Shown in pieces: positions 8,262 through 15,850 of a stretch of DNA of 64,000 nt. Under the pieces are notes generated by a model. The model ran no database searches. It was not told where the DNA came from and saw only the letters and a program-made list of their open reading frames with translations. Every line of letters starts with the position of its first letter. Within the stretch, counting starts at the first letter, position 1. The translations under genes were made by a program, and so were the position numbers. The stretch spans positions 283,505 through 347,504 of the IMG/VR virus record IMGVR_UViG_3300020202_000061. One strand, written 5' to 3'.

Positions 8262-8477
8262 GTGTACAACATCAAGGAGATGGTCAAAGACAAACGCGTG
8301 AAGTTCGATTTCTACAGGGCCGGAGAACTCTGGTACATCACGGAGTGTGGCTTCCGCTTTCCGGTTCCGATCAGCGACACCGGAGATGCGGTGTTCAAGT
8401 CGGAGGATAAGGCGATCTTGTTCATGCGTTGGATCAGAAAGCACGTCGCGTCGTGTGAGGAAGGCGCGAAAGGGTAA
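8262..8477 (+). CDS. Small phage protein inside tRNA cluster
   Basis: GAGGA RBS, GTG start; FYRAGELWY..FPVP..D.GDA.F...KAILFMRWIRK. Confidence 0.7.
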   Translation: MYNIKEMVKDKRVKFDFYRAGELWYITECGFRFPVPISDTGDAVFKSEDKAILFMRWIRKHVASCEEGAKG

Positions 8478-8484
8478 TTGGAGT

Positions 8485-8559
8485 GGGCCGGTAGCTCAGA
8501 GGCAGAGCAGCATCCTCTTAAGTTGACGGTCGTGGGTTCGATTCCCACCCGGCCCTCCA
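8485..8559 (+). tRNA. tRNA-Lys(CTT), weak anticodon stem
   Basis: GGGCCGG/CCGGCCC acceptor; loop CT-CTT-AA; stem GCATC/GTTGA has two mismatches; CCA. Confidence 0.7.
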
Positions 8560-8564
8560 AATTC

Positions 8565-8640
8565 GCCAGATTACAGTTTAGTGGTAGAACACGCGGCCGA
8601 TAACCGTGGAGCGGGGGTTCGATTCCCTCATCTGGCACCA
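8565..8640 (+). tRNA. tRNA-Ile(GAT), atypical
   Basis: GCCAGAT/ATCTGGC; CGCGG-CC-GAT-AA-CCGTG (C33); 4-nt connector; CCA. Confidence 0.75.
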
Positions 8641-8641
8641 A

Positions 8642-8724
8642 GGGCACGGAGCTTTAGAGCCGACAGGAAAGGCAAGAGACTCTTACTCTCCCAGCATGGG
8701 GTTCGACTCCTCCCGTGCCCGCCA
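8642..8724 (+). tRNA. tRNA-Lys(CTT)-like with 8/4 fold
   Basis: 8-bp acceptor GGGCACGG/CCGTGCCC, 4-bp T-stem GGGG/CCTC, loop CT-CTT-AC, CCA. Confidence 0.7.
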
Positions 8725-8725
8725 A

Positions 8726-8800
8726 GGTGGATTCTGTCTAATGGTAGGACGCGCGCCTGATGAGCGTGAAGTAGAGGTTCGATTCCTCTATCCACCACCA
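8726..8800 (+). tRNA. tRNA-Ile(GAT), atypical
   Basis: GGTGGAT/ATCCACC; CGCGC-CT-GAT-GA-GCGTG (G37); CCA. Confidence 0.8.
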
Positions 8801-8801
8801 A

Positions 8802-8874
8802 GGACCTGTAGCTGAGAGGTTTAGCGGCTGGCTTTTACCCAGCGTCAACGGGAGTTCGATTCTCTCCAGGTCCA
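8802..8874 (+). tRNA. tRNA-Lys(TTT)
   Basis: GGACCTG/CAGGTCC; GCTGG-CT-TTT-AC-CCAGC. Confidence 0.85.
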
Positions 8875-8891
8875 CCCAGTTTCCCAGTAAT

Positions 8892-8975
8892 GGGCCGCGA
8901 GAGTATAGCAGTACAGGAATCTGCACCGGGCTTTTAATCCGGCCTCAAGGGGTTCGACTCCTCCGTGGCTCGCCA
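8892..8975 (+). tRNA. tRNA-Lys(TTT)-like with 8/4 fold
   Basis: 8-bp acceptor GGGCCGCG/CGTGGCTC, 4-bp T-stem GGGG/CCTC, CCGGG-CT-TTT-AA-TCCGG, CCA. Confidence 0.7.
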
Positions 8976-8978
8976 ATT

Positions 8979-9023
8979 GAAAAACCCCCGAAGTTTCCCA
9001 TCTTGGAAACACGGGGGTTTTCT
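8979..9023 (+). terminator. Terminator of tRNA cluster
   Basis: AAAACCCCCG...CGGGGGTTTT stem with inner GTTTCC/GGAAAC. Confidence 0.7.
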
Positions 9024-9024
9024 C

Positions 9025-9348
9025 ATGACCTGGAAAACATTTTGGATTTGCATGACCGTTTGTGTCTGCGGCGTGCTCGGAGTGACTGCGTGGACTATAA
9101 GGGCAGAGCGTTCTGACCCGGTGGAGCAGAACGTGAAATGCCTCAACGTAATGGATCAACTCGACTCACTCGCCCAACAGGGTCAGCGAAAGATCGTCAT
9201 GTTCCAGATCGGCAAACCCATGACCGACGTGGAGATGATCGTGGGCGATCCCGAGGAGGGCGACTGGACCCGCGTAATCGTGCACCAGGATGCGTCCGCG
9301 TGTATTGTCGAGTCGGGGAGGGGTTTGCTTTTGCCAACCCCAGAATAA
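9025..9348 (+). CDS. Hypothetical secreted/membrane-anchored protein
   Basis: N-terminal hydrophobic segment; similar layout (signal, Cys, WT.V...C..SG) to 29873..30208. Confidence 0.55.
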   Translation: MTWKTFWICMTVCVCGVLGVTAWTIRAERSDPVEQNVKCLNVMDQLDSLAQQGQRKIVMFQIGKPMTDVEMIVGDPEEGDWTRVIVHQDASACIVESGRGLLLPTPE

Positions 9349-9352
9349 AGCC

Positions 9353-9381
9353 TTGACAGAACTCCGGGGAATCCCCATAAT
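9353..9381 (+). promoter_or_regulatory. sigma70-type promoter of tRNA-Arg(CCG)
   Basis: TTGACA-N17-CATAAT. Confidence 0.75.
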
Positions 9382-9387
9382 TCAGGC

Positions 9388-9465
9388 GTCCTCGTAGCTC
9401 AATTGGATCAGAGCGTTACTTTCCGAAGGTAGAGGTTGTGGGTTCGAGCCCCGCCGAGGACGCCA
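9388..9465 (+). tRNA. tRNA-Arg(CCG)
   Basis: GTCCTCG/CGAGGAC; TTACT-TT-CCG-AA-GGTAG; CCA. Confidence 0.9.
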
Positions 9466-9466
9466 A

Positions 9467-9790
9467 ATGATCAAGTTGATTCTCACCTGCGGCGCATGCC
9501 CCGAACAGTATGACGCATTCCTGGGCGAAGAGCGCGTAGGTTACCTCCGTCTGCGCCATGGCCGTTTCTACGTGGAATGCCCGGACTCGGGCGGTCTGCG
9601 CGTGTATGAGGCCACACCCAAGGGCGATGGCCTCTTCGACTCGGACGAGCGCGACTATTATCTGGCCCACGCCGTGGCCGCCATCGAGGGCTGGATTGCC
9701 AGCGGCAAACCGACCCAGATCGGACAGCCCCCGCGCCCGAACGTGCAGTATGAGATCGTGGGTGTTGCTGAGGAATGGGGCATCTATTGA
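9467..9790 (+). CDS. Hypothetical phage protein (TCxACPEQYD motif)
   Basis: TCGACPEQYDA..VGYLRLRHG.F. Confidence 0.7.
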   Translation: MIKLILTCGACPEQYDAFLGEERVGYLRLRHGRFYVECPDSGGLRVYEATPKGDGLFDSDERDYYLAHAVAAIEGWIASGKPTQIGQPPRPNVQYEIVGVAEEWGIY

Positions 9791-10017
9791 TGACCTGGGC
9801 AAATCGACTTGGTATTCCAACCGCAGTGATTCTGTTCCTGTTAGCGCAGTGGGCCAACTACGATTACCTGCACGATGTACCGGTCTCGCATTGGGGCGCG
9901 ATCAACGGGTGGTTCGTCCTGATTTACACGACCATCGCATTTCCTGGATTTGGGTATCTAATGCTCGGTCTGCTTGGACACTGCATTGACCTTTACCTAC
10001 AAAGGAAATCCAAATGA
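9790..10017 (+). CDS. Small membrane protein
   Basis: TGATG coupling; hydrophobic. Confidence 0.55.
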   Translation: MTWANRLGIPTAVILFLLAQWANYDYLHDVPVSHWGAINGWFVLIYTTIAFPGFGYLMLGLLGHCIDLYLQRKSK

Positions 10018-10250
10018 TGTGGTTCCGTGATAGCCTCTCAGCCATCGGGTTTGGTGCTGGTCTGGGTCTGAGCATCATCATGGTTTCTCTGATCTACCCG
10101 CAGATTCCACAGGGATCACCGGATGAGATTCGTCCCCAACTGGTTCTGACCATGGTCGCTCTCGCCGTGGGTCCGGCTATCGTCCTGAGCATCACCGGAT
10201 GGTTTTTGGGCTGGATCGGGGACAAGCTCCTGGGTCTATTCACGCGATGA
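10014..10250 (+). CDS. Small membrane protein
   Basis: Two TM segments. Confidence 0.6.
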   Translation: MMWFRDSLSAIGFGAGLGLSIIMVSLIYPQIPQGSPDEIRPQLVLTMVALAVGPAIVLSITGWFLGWIGDKLLGLFTR

Positions 10251-10810
10251 GAATCTACACGATCAAAGAGGTTCCAGTCACCCAGGAGCACGGAAACTGG
10301 CATCGAGTTTTCCATATCAGTTTCAACGAGGTCTCGATCCCCAATTATGGTGAATTCGACGACTGGCTTCGTCGTGTTGTCGCGGCCAAGCGTGATGGCG
10401 GCATCATAGGTCCGATGGATTACTACTATGTGCTGCTGGCCCACTATCAGGGTTGGGTTTCCTGCAATGGATATTCGGGATCATTAGGTGATAGCGGACC
10501 TCGCTTGACCCATTACGAACTTCGCTGTCACCAACCACTGGCTGAGTTGTTCCTCCAGGTCTACTCACTTCCACAGGAAGAGTATGATCGGAATATCAAA
10601 TACCTCAGGGATCGAGAGAATCGTGGTCGTGGATATTTTGACACCAACGAGGAGGTATTCTCATACGGTGATGTGGAGAAACTCGTGGCCGCCCATCGTG
10701 GGGAAATCCGAACCCTGGAGGAACAGCGTGCGGATTACGAAGCGGCCGAGAAGATTCGCCGCAAAAACGCTCGAAAACCCCGCAAAAAATCCCGTAGACA
10801 ATCCCGATAA
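10247..10810 (+). CDS. Hypothetical protein, basic C-terminus
   Basis: ATGA overlap. Confidence 0.6.
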   Translation: MRIYTIKEVPVTQEHGNWHRVFHISFNEVSIPNYGEFDDWLRRVVAAKRDGGIIGPMDYYYVLLAHYQGWVSCNGYSGSLGDSGPRLTHYELRCHQPLAELFLQVYSLPQEEYDRNIKYLRDRENRGRGYFDTNEEVFSYGDVEKLVAAHRGEIRTLEEQRADYEAAEKIRRKNARKPRKKSRRQSR

Positions 10811-10823
10811 TCTGTGTTAGGAT
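10795..10823 (+). promoter_or_regulatory. sigma70-type promoter (leaderless)
   Basis: TAGACA-N17-TAGGAT, ATG 10830 after 6 nt. Confidence 0.6.
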
Positions 10824-10829
10824 CGGGAA

Positions 10830-11132
10830 ATGATCCAGGCAGAGGACCTCATCCAGGAAGGATATTGGCGGAAGCACTACCATACGTTGGTGGATGACTT
10901 CTACGGCCGAGTTGCCCATTCCAACGACACTTTGGGCCGCATCAAGAAGCAGGCCCGCGAGGACGGCATCGATCCACGTCCGTTGCTGGCTCCGCTGCTC
11001 ACGGAGAACACTCAGTTCGATATCGAGTGCAAGGCCCGCGCTCTGCGGGTTGTCCAGATCGGCGCAGATGCGCTGACCCAGCTTGGTTTCACCCTGGAAC
11101 AGGTGCGAGAGGCATACAAGTCATGGGCATGA
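10830..11132 (+). CDS. Hypothetical protein
   Basis: ORF behind promoter. Confidence 0.6.
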   Translation: MIQAEDLIQEGYWRKHYHTLVDDFYGRVAHSNDTLGRIKKQAREDGIDPRPLLAPLLTENTQFDIECKARALRVVQIGADALTQLGFTLEQVREAYKSWA

Positions 11133-11317
11133 GTTCAGCCGAAATGGATTGGCAACCCATCGAGACTGCACCCGAAGGGGTGCTGCTCTGGACCAAGATC
11201 GGTGACGCGATAGGTGTGCGTAACGAGCAGCACCTGATCCGCCAGGGCAATCTCTGGTTCATCCCGGACAGGTCGATGTACGTCTACTATACCCCAACGC
11301 ACTGGAAAATCAGATGA
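11129..11317 (+). CDS. Small phage protein (WQPIETAP motif, DUF551-like)
   Basis: WQPIETAP...PTHW. Confidence 0.7.
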   Translation: MSSAEMDWQPIETAPEGVLLWTKIGDAIGVRNEQHLIRQGNLWFIPDRSMYVYYTPTHWKIR

Positions 11318-11715
11318 GCGTGGAACTCGACTTCCTGATCCATCGTATGCCGGGCGTGCCTCCGAAGGGTCTCTGGCTGTGCCACGAGAACATGTACGTG
11401 GGCACCACCTACAACGCATTCGTCAAGTCATGCGACACCGACGCTCTGCCCAAACAGGTGATCCCGGAGCCGATCTGTTGCCACTTCGACCGGATCAAGG
11501 ACGGACCAAACGAGTCCGAATACTGCTACGGCAAGCAGGGCGAGTCCAACTACGGCGGTCCGCTTTACTGGACTTGTGCCAAGGACATCCTGAACCTCGC
11601 CCGAATGCATGTCGAGGACATCAAGGACAACACCCGAATTCAGGCTGCGCTGGCCTATCTCAAGGTTCTCGCCGACAAGGACCCGGATTGGCGTGTCGTT
11701 CTGTGGTGGCACTGA
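11314..11715 (+). CDS. Hypothetical protein
   Basis: ATGA overlap; ends VVLWWH. Confidence 0.65.
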   Translation: MSVELDFLIHRMPGVPPKGLWLCHENMYVGTTYNAFVKSCDTDALPKQVIPEPICCHFDRIKDGPNESEYCYGKQGESNYGGPLYWTCAKDILNLARMHVEDIKDNTRIQAALAYLKVLADKDPDWRVVLWWH

Positions 11716-11725
11716 GAGGACCCCA

Positions 11726-12190
11726 ATGACACTCGAAGATGGCTATGTGCCGGTAGCGAAGTTCGGTAAGGATCACTGGTCCACCCTGGCCTATGCCGAA
11801 ACCGTCATGGTGGACTGCGGCGGCTTCCAGGTCGGTCTCGATCCGCACATGCGCCAGGGACGCCGCCATTACCGGGTGATGCGGGAGCAGTGCATCCGTC
11901 CGAAACGAATGGGTCGGGTCAGCCCGGACATGGCCATGATCATGGACATGAAATATTCGACCCGTCTCAACGACGGCACCATGGTCGAGAGTCATGACGA
12001 TTGGCACTGTGTGCAGGACATGGCTGAGGCCGGATACTTCCGAGTCGGTGCCGAACCCGCCACAGCAGATCGTGTGGAACCCGGCGTGATCCTGCACCTT
12101 TCTCCCCTGGGTCGCACTGTGGCCGATGCTCTTCGTCAGCACAAGGCGAACGGCGGCACCTTCTCCACCTTCGTTCCCCCAACCGTCTGA
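11726..12190 (+). CDS. Hypothetical phage protein (FGKDHWSTLAY motif)
   Basis: GAGGA RBS; HDDWHC motif. Confidence 0.65.
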   Translation: MTLEDGYVPVAKFGKDHWSTLAYAETVMVDCGGFQVGLDPHMRQGRRHYRVMREQCIRPKRMGRVSPDMAMIMDMKYSTRLNDGTMVESHDDWHCVQDMAEAGYFRVGAEPATADRVEPGVILHLSPLGRTVADALRQHKANGGTFSTFVPPTV

Positions 12191-12196
12191 GGTTCT

Positions 12197-13198
12197 ATGG
12201 GTCAGTATCACATGCCGGTCAGTTTGACCGCGAAAGAATTCCTCTACAGCCACGAACTGGATTGCGGGCTGAAAGCCTGGGAGATCATCGCCAACGGCGA
12301 ATCGATCTGTGCCGCCGTAGCCGGATTGATCGCGGTGAATCCCGGCAATGCCCCGGCCGATCTCTCCAACAACCTCTATGTCGGGCGTTGGGCCGGTCAT
12401 CGGCTGCTCTGCGTCGGAGACTACGCGGAGAATTCGGACGCCGCCAACATCCCCAACTATGATGGGCCGCCCCTGGGCGATCTCTACGGGATGTGCGACA
12501 CGGACAATCTTTTGCCCAAGCCCACCCGGAAGGGCGACGGGCGTGACCCGAATATGTTCTACAACATCACGCCCCAATTGCGCGGGCTGATCGAGCAAGC
12601 GTGTTCGGTTCGCTTCGTTCCGCACGATTGGTCCCTCAAGAACACTGAGACCGGCGAGATCACCACCAACACCAGTTTCACCCGTGTGCAGGTGAAATCA
12701 CGGGCACGCCGTGGTGAGGATGAATTCGGTCACTATGATCTGCTCGGCATCGAGGACAAGAACACTCTGGACTACTATAAGCGGGTGATGCCGAACTTCG
12801 CCGACTCACCCTGGGATCGAGCGCCCGGTGATGGCTCCAGCCATGGCATCGGTGATGACGAGATCGACCAGGGTCAGACCCGCGTGTTCGCGAACCTCGA
12901 CACCCACGAGTTCATTGATCCCATCGCGTTCGGTGAGGTCGCCACATTGGCCGGGATTATGCGCGGCGATTGGGGCTCCGCCAGTGCGTTGCTCGGCATG
13001 TTGTTCGAACCAGACCGGCGCGGGGGTGGCGATCTCTACTCGGAGTCCCGCCTGATCGGTCACTGGCGGAACGGTCGGCTGATCGCGTCGAGCGAATACG
13101 AGTCCAAGGATTTTCCCTCGACCGATTTCATCCGGAAGAACTGGACAAATCTCTCCAAGGACGCGGTCAAATTCATCGCCAAAGAGAAGAAATCCTGA
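12197..13198 (+). CDS. Hypothetical protein with duplicated domain
   Basis: MGQY...GRWAGHR..VGDY repeated as GQT...GHWRNGR..SSEY. Confidence 0.7.
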   Translation: MGQYHMPVSLTAKEFLYSHELDCGLKAWEIIANGESICAAVAGLIAVNPGNAPADLSNNLYVGRWAGHRLLCVGDYAENSDAANIPNYDGPPLGDLYGMCDTDNLLPKPTRKGDGRDPNMFYNITPQLRGLIEQACSVRFVPHDWSLKNTETGEITTNTSFTRVQVKSRARRGEDEFGHYDLLGIEDKNTLDYYKRVMPNFADSPWDRAPGDGSSHGIGDDEIDQGQTRVFANLDTHEFIDPIAFGEVATLAGIMRGDWGSASALLGMLFEPDRRGGGDLYSESRLIGHWRNGRLIASSEYESKDFPSTDFIRKNWTNLSKDAVKFIAKEKKS

Positions 13199-13222
13199 GG
13201 ACCACACTCGACTTCTTTTGAA

Positions 13223-13423
13223 ATGAGTCGGAAAGATAAACAACGAGAGACATTCAAAGCCGCATACGGCTATCTGTTCCTGCCGTCCAACGCAGCCAAC
13301 CAACGAGCCTGGATCGCGGTGAAAGAGGTTCCGGAACCAGAACGGTCTAATCTGATCTCCGCGATGATGGCAGCGTGTTACGCCAAACTCGACATCAAGA
13401 AATCAAAACTCAAAGAGACCTAA
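13223..13423 (+). CDS. Hypothetical protein
   Basis: Fills gap in operon. Confidence 0.5.
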   Translation: MSRKDKQRETFKAAYGYLFLPSNAANQRAWIAVKEVPEPERSNLISAMMAACYAKLDIKKSKLKET

Positions 13424-13452
13424 TCTGACCGGAATCCCCGCCTATATACCGG

Positions 13453-13953
13453 GTGGGGGTGGCGTGGATGAGGGACGATCAGCGCAGTAAAATTTACACC
13501 TGGGAATGGGCCGTCGTTCCGCATTGGGATACGACAAAGGTTTTCTATAAGAACGCGCAGGAAATAGTAAATTTAATCTGGCTGGAAGAGGGATTCAAAT
13601 ATCCTCCGACGATCACGACGCTTCGTCCGAACGCCACGGCGACCGCAGCGAAAGCAGTTCGAGAGGGCAACACGTTAACGATTCAGATCAAGAGGAAGCG
13701 GCGTACCCGCGCGTTCATCCTGATTCACGAAATCGCCCACCACATGCTGGAGAAGTCCAAGTGGGTGGATACCGAACCCGACCACGGACCGAAATTCGTG
13801 GGAATCTACATGAAATTGCTGCGGAAATACCTCAATATCCCCCTGATTCATCTGATGGTTCGGGCTCATCAACACGGGGTTCGTTACAATCTCCGCGCCA
13901 AACCCACCGTGGGGCGGTTAGAACGCGCCAGAGACCGCAAGAAGGCGGCCTAG
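13453..13953 (+). CDS. SprT-like zinc metallopeptidase
   Basis: LIHEIAHH ... DHGPKF. Confidence 0.7.
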   Translation: MGVAWMRDDQRSKIYTWEWAVVPHWDTTKVFYKNAQEIVNLIWLEEGFKYPPTITTLRPNATATAAKAVREGNTLTIQIKRKRRTRAFILIHEIAHHMLEKSKWVDTEPDHGPKFVGIYMKLLRKYLNIPLIHLMVRAHQHGVRYNLRAKPTVGRLERARDRKKAA

Positions 13954-14372
13954 AGCTTCCACCCATTCAGGGTGGCCAAATAGGTCAGGAGGCGCTGGCG
14001 GTCAGAATTCCCCGCTATGGGGATATCCTGGTGGAATCGGTCGGGCCGTGCGTATCCGAGCATGACCATGAGGTCCTTGAACCCGGTCTGAACCTGGATG
14101 TTGCCGTGGACACCCATTTGGTGGGCCATGCGGACCAACCCCATGAAGGTGCGGGTGCGCTCGTATTCGGTCTCCCTGGGAAGGCGACGGTGTTCCAGGT
14201 CCCAGTAAGCCTGTCGGGCGTCGGGTTTAGCCATGATGAGGCGGAATTTCGGACGGATTTGGCGGAAGGTCAACGCGACCGGACCCGGCACAGGAATCTT
14301 GCGGGCGATGGTTTGTCGAACACGACCGGGAACTTCCGCATCAGGGCGGCTATAAATCTCAAACAGATTCAT
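13950..14372 (-). CDS. Hypothetical late protein
   Basis: Coupled to amidoligase gene; N-terminus MNLFE. Confidence 0.55.
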   Translation of the reverse strand: MNLFEIYSRPDAEVPGRVRQTIARKIPVPGPVALTFRQIRPKFRLIMAKPDARQAYWDLEHRRLPRETEYERTRTFMGLVRMAHQMGVHGNIQVQTGFKDLMVMLGYARPDRFHQDIPIAGNSDRQRLLTYLATLNGWKL

Positions 14373-15817
14373 TCTGCTGCTTTCGGATAGAATTGCTTGG
14401 CACGGTAGAGTTGCTCGAAATGCTTGCGGCCGGTCTCGACCGCGACCTTATAGAGCTTGGTCAGAAACTCCTTGCGATAGACCTCGGGAGTGGTGGCCAC
14501 GTACATCATCACGATCAGTTGTAGACAAGTGTCCTCGATCTCGGACCAACGATCCTCGTAGTCGGAGTTGCCTGCGGCACGAAACTCGATGTAGCCCTGA
14601 TCTAGTTTGGTCAGGTTGACCCGGAAGTATTTCTGTTTGGGTACGGCACGACGAAACAATTCGATCACCTTTTGGATGTCCTGCTGGTTCAGTCTGATCC
14701 GACCACCAAGATTCGAGAGCACGCGCATAAGCTCGGCTTTGTTCCGGGCGAAGTTCTGCACCATTTGGTAATAGGTCTGTGCGGCCATTACCCCGCTGTT
14801 CACGGCGTGACCCTCACCCTTATTGAATTGGAGACGGTCGTAATTCTGTGCGATGTAGGCGTCTCCCATCAGGAACAACAGCTTCACGTAATCCACATCA
14901 GCACCAGCCTTGCCAATGTTGATGTGCAAACCCGTAGCCTGATTCGTCTCGGCTTGAGTTCCAGGAATGTGCCGACCGATGTTCTGGATGAACAGGAGCA
15001 CCTTGTGCAAGGCTTTCAAACCTTCTGCCGCAGGCTTAATCGGTGAGACCACCTCGACACCGACCATGCCTTGTTCCCATAGCTCGTTGATGTCCAGTGA
15101 GTTGTCCATGGTAACGGCCCAGGTCGAGTAGTTGTGGGTCTTCGTCTTGGTATCGCCCCGCATCAACCGCACCACCACGGGTTCACCCAGATACTCCTCA
15201 AGCGCCTCGGCGATTACCTGATAGAGAACCTCGATCTGAACATGACTGTCATTGGGATCGAAATTCTGATCCTCCTCACCGATCATGAACTGCCTGTAGC
15301 TCTCATCATCGAGGTTCTTATAGGCGACCATCCCCACACGATCACCTTTCGCGATAAGACGTTTGATCTTGCGCAGGGCAGTTTCATCCTCGATGTCGAA
15401 ACCCTCATCCGGCCACACACGAAGAGCCGTGATCAAGCCGTAGGGTTTGAACTTCTTGACCAACGCCCCAAACATATCCCGGAACTTGGTCTGTCCGGCC
15501 TCGGGGAAATTGGCCTGAAATAGACGGTCCATGCGCTCGCGGACGATCTCTTGATTGTCCTGTCCCAGACCTTCCGCACCGAGCGGGGTGAAACTCTTCA
15601 ACAGATCGTACCACCGGAGGTCTCCCAGCTTCTTCACGTACCAGAAACGATCCTTGCTGCGACTGGAATTCTTCTTGTAGAGACCGGCCATTCTCTTGGC
15701 CGCGTTCAACACGTAGAACTCCGTCTCGAATCCCATCGTCATGTTGGGATCGGCCAGAGCCTGATTGATTAGGGCTTGCCGGACCTTGGCCCCCTCGAAG
15801 AGAATCGGGTTTGTCAT
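14369..15817 (-). CDS. Putative amidoligase (glutamate-cysteine-ligase-like COOH-NH2 ligase)
   Basis: GFETE, D.SL, GVEVVSP, TGLHINIG, KY..VN, YIEFR motifs; TAAATA 6 nt upstream. Confidence 0.8.
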   Translation of the reverse strand: MTNPILFEGAKVRQALINQALADPNMTMGFETEFYVLNAAKRMAGLYKKNSSRSKDRFWYVKKLGDLRWYDLLKSFTPLGAEGLGQDNQEIVRERMDRLFQANFPEAGQTKFRDMFGALVKKFKPYGLITALRVWPDEGFDIEDETALRKIKRLIAKGDRVGMVAYKNLDDESYRQFMIGEEDQNFDPNDSHVQIEVLYQVIAEALEEYLGEPVVVRLMRGDTKTKTHNYSTWAVTMDNSLDINELWEQGMVGVEVVSPIKPAAEGLKALHKVLLFIQNIGRHIPGTQAETNQATGLHINIGKAGADVDYVKLLFLMGDAYIAQNYDRLQFNKGEGHAVNSGVMAAQTYYQMVQNFARNKAELMRVLSNLGGRIRLNQQDIQKVIELFRRAVPKQKYFRVNLTKLDQGYIEFRAAGNSDYEDRWSEIEDTCLQLIVMMYVATTPEVYRKEFLTKLYKVAVETGRKHFEQLYRAKQFYPKAAE

Positions 15818-15850
15818 TGAACATATTTAGGATTTCCCTACATAGGAACC

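Noticed and set aside
7868-9159. ORF-track ORFs overlapping the tRNA cluster
   Set aside because: They are shadows of tRNA genes; only 8262-8477 has an RBS and protein-like sequence.
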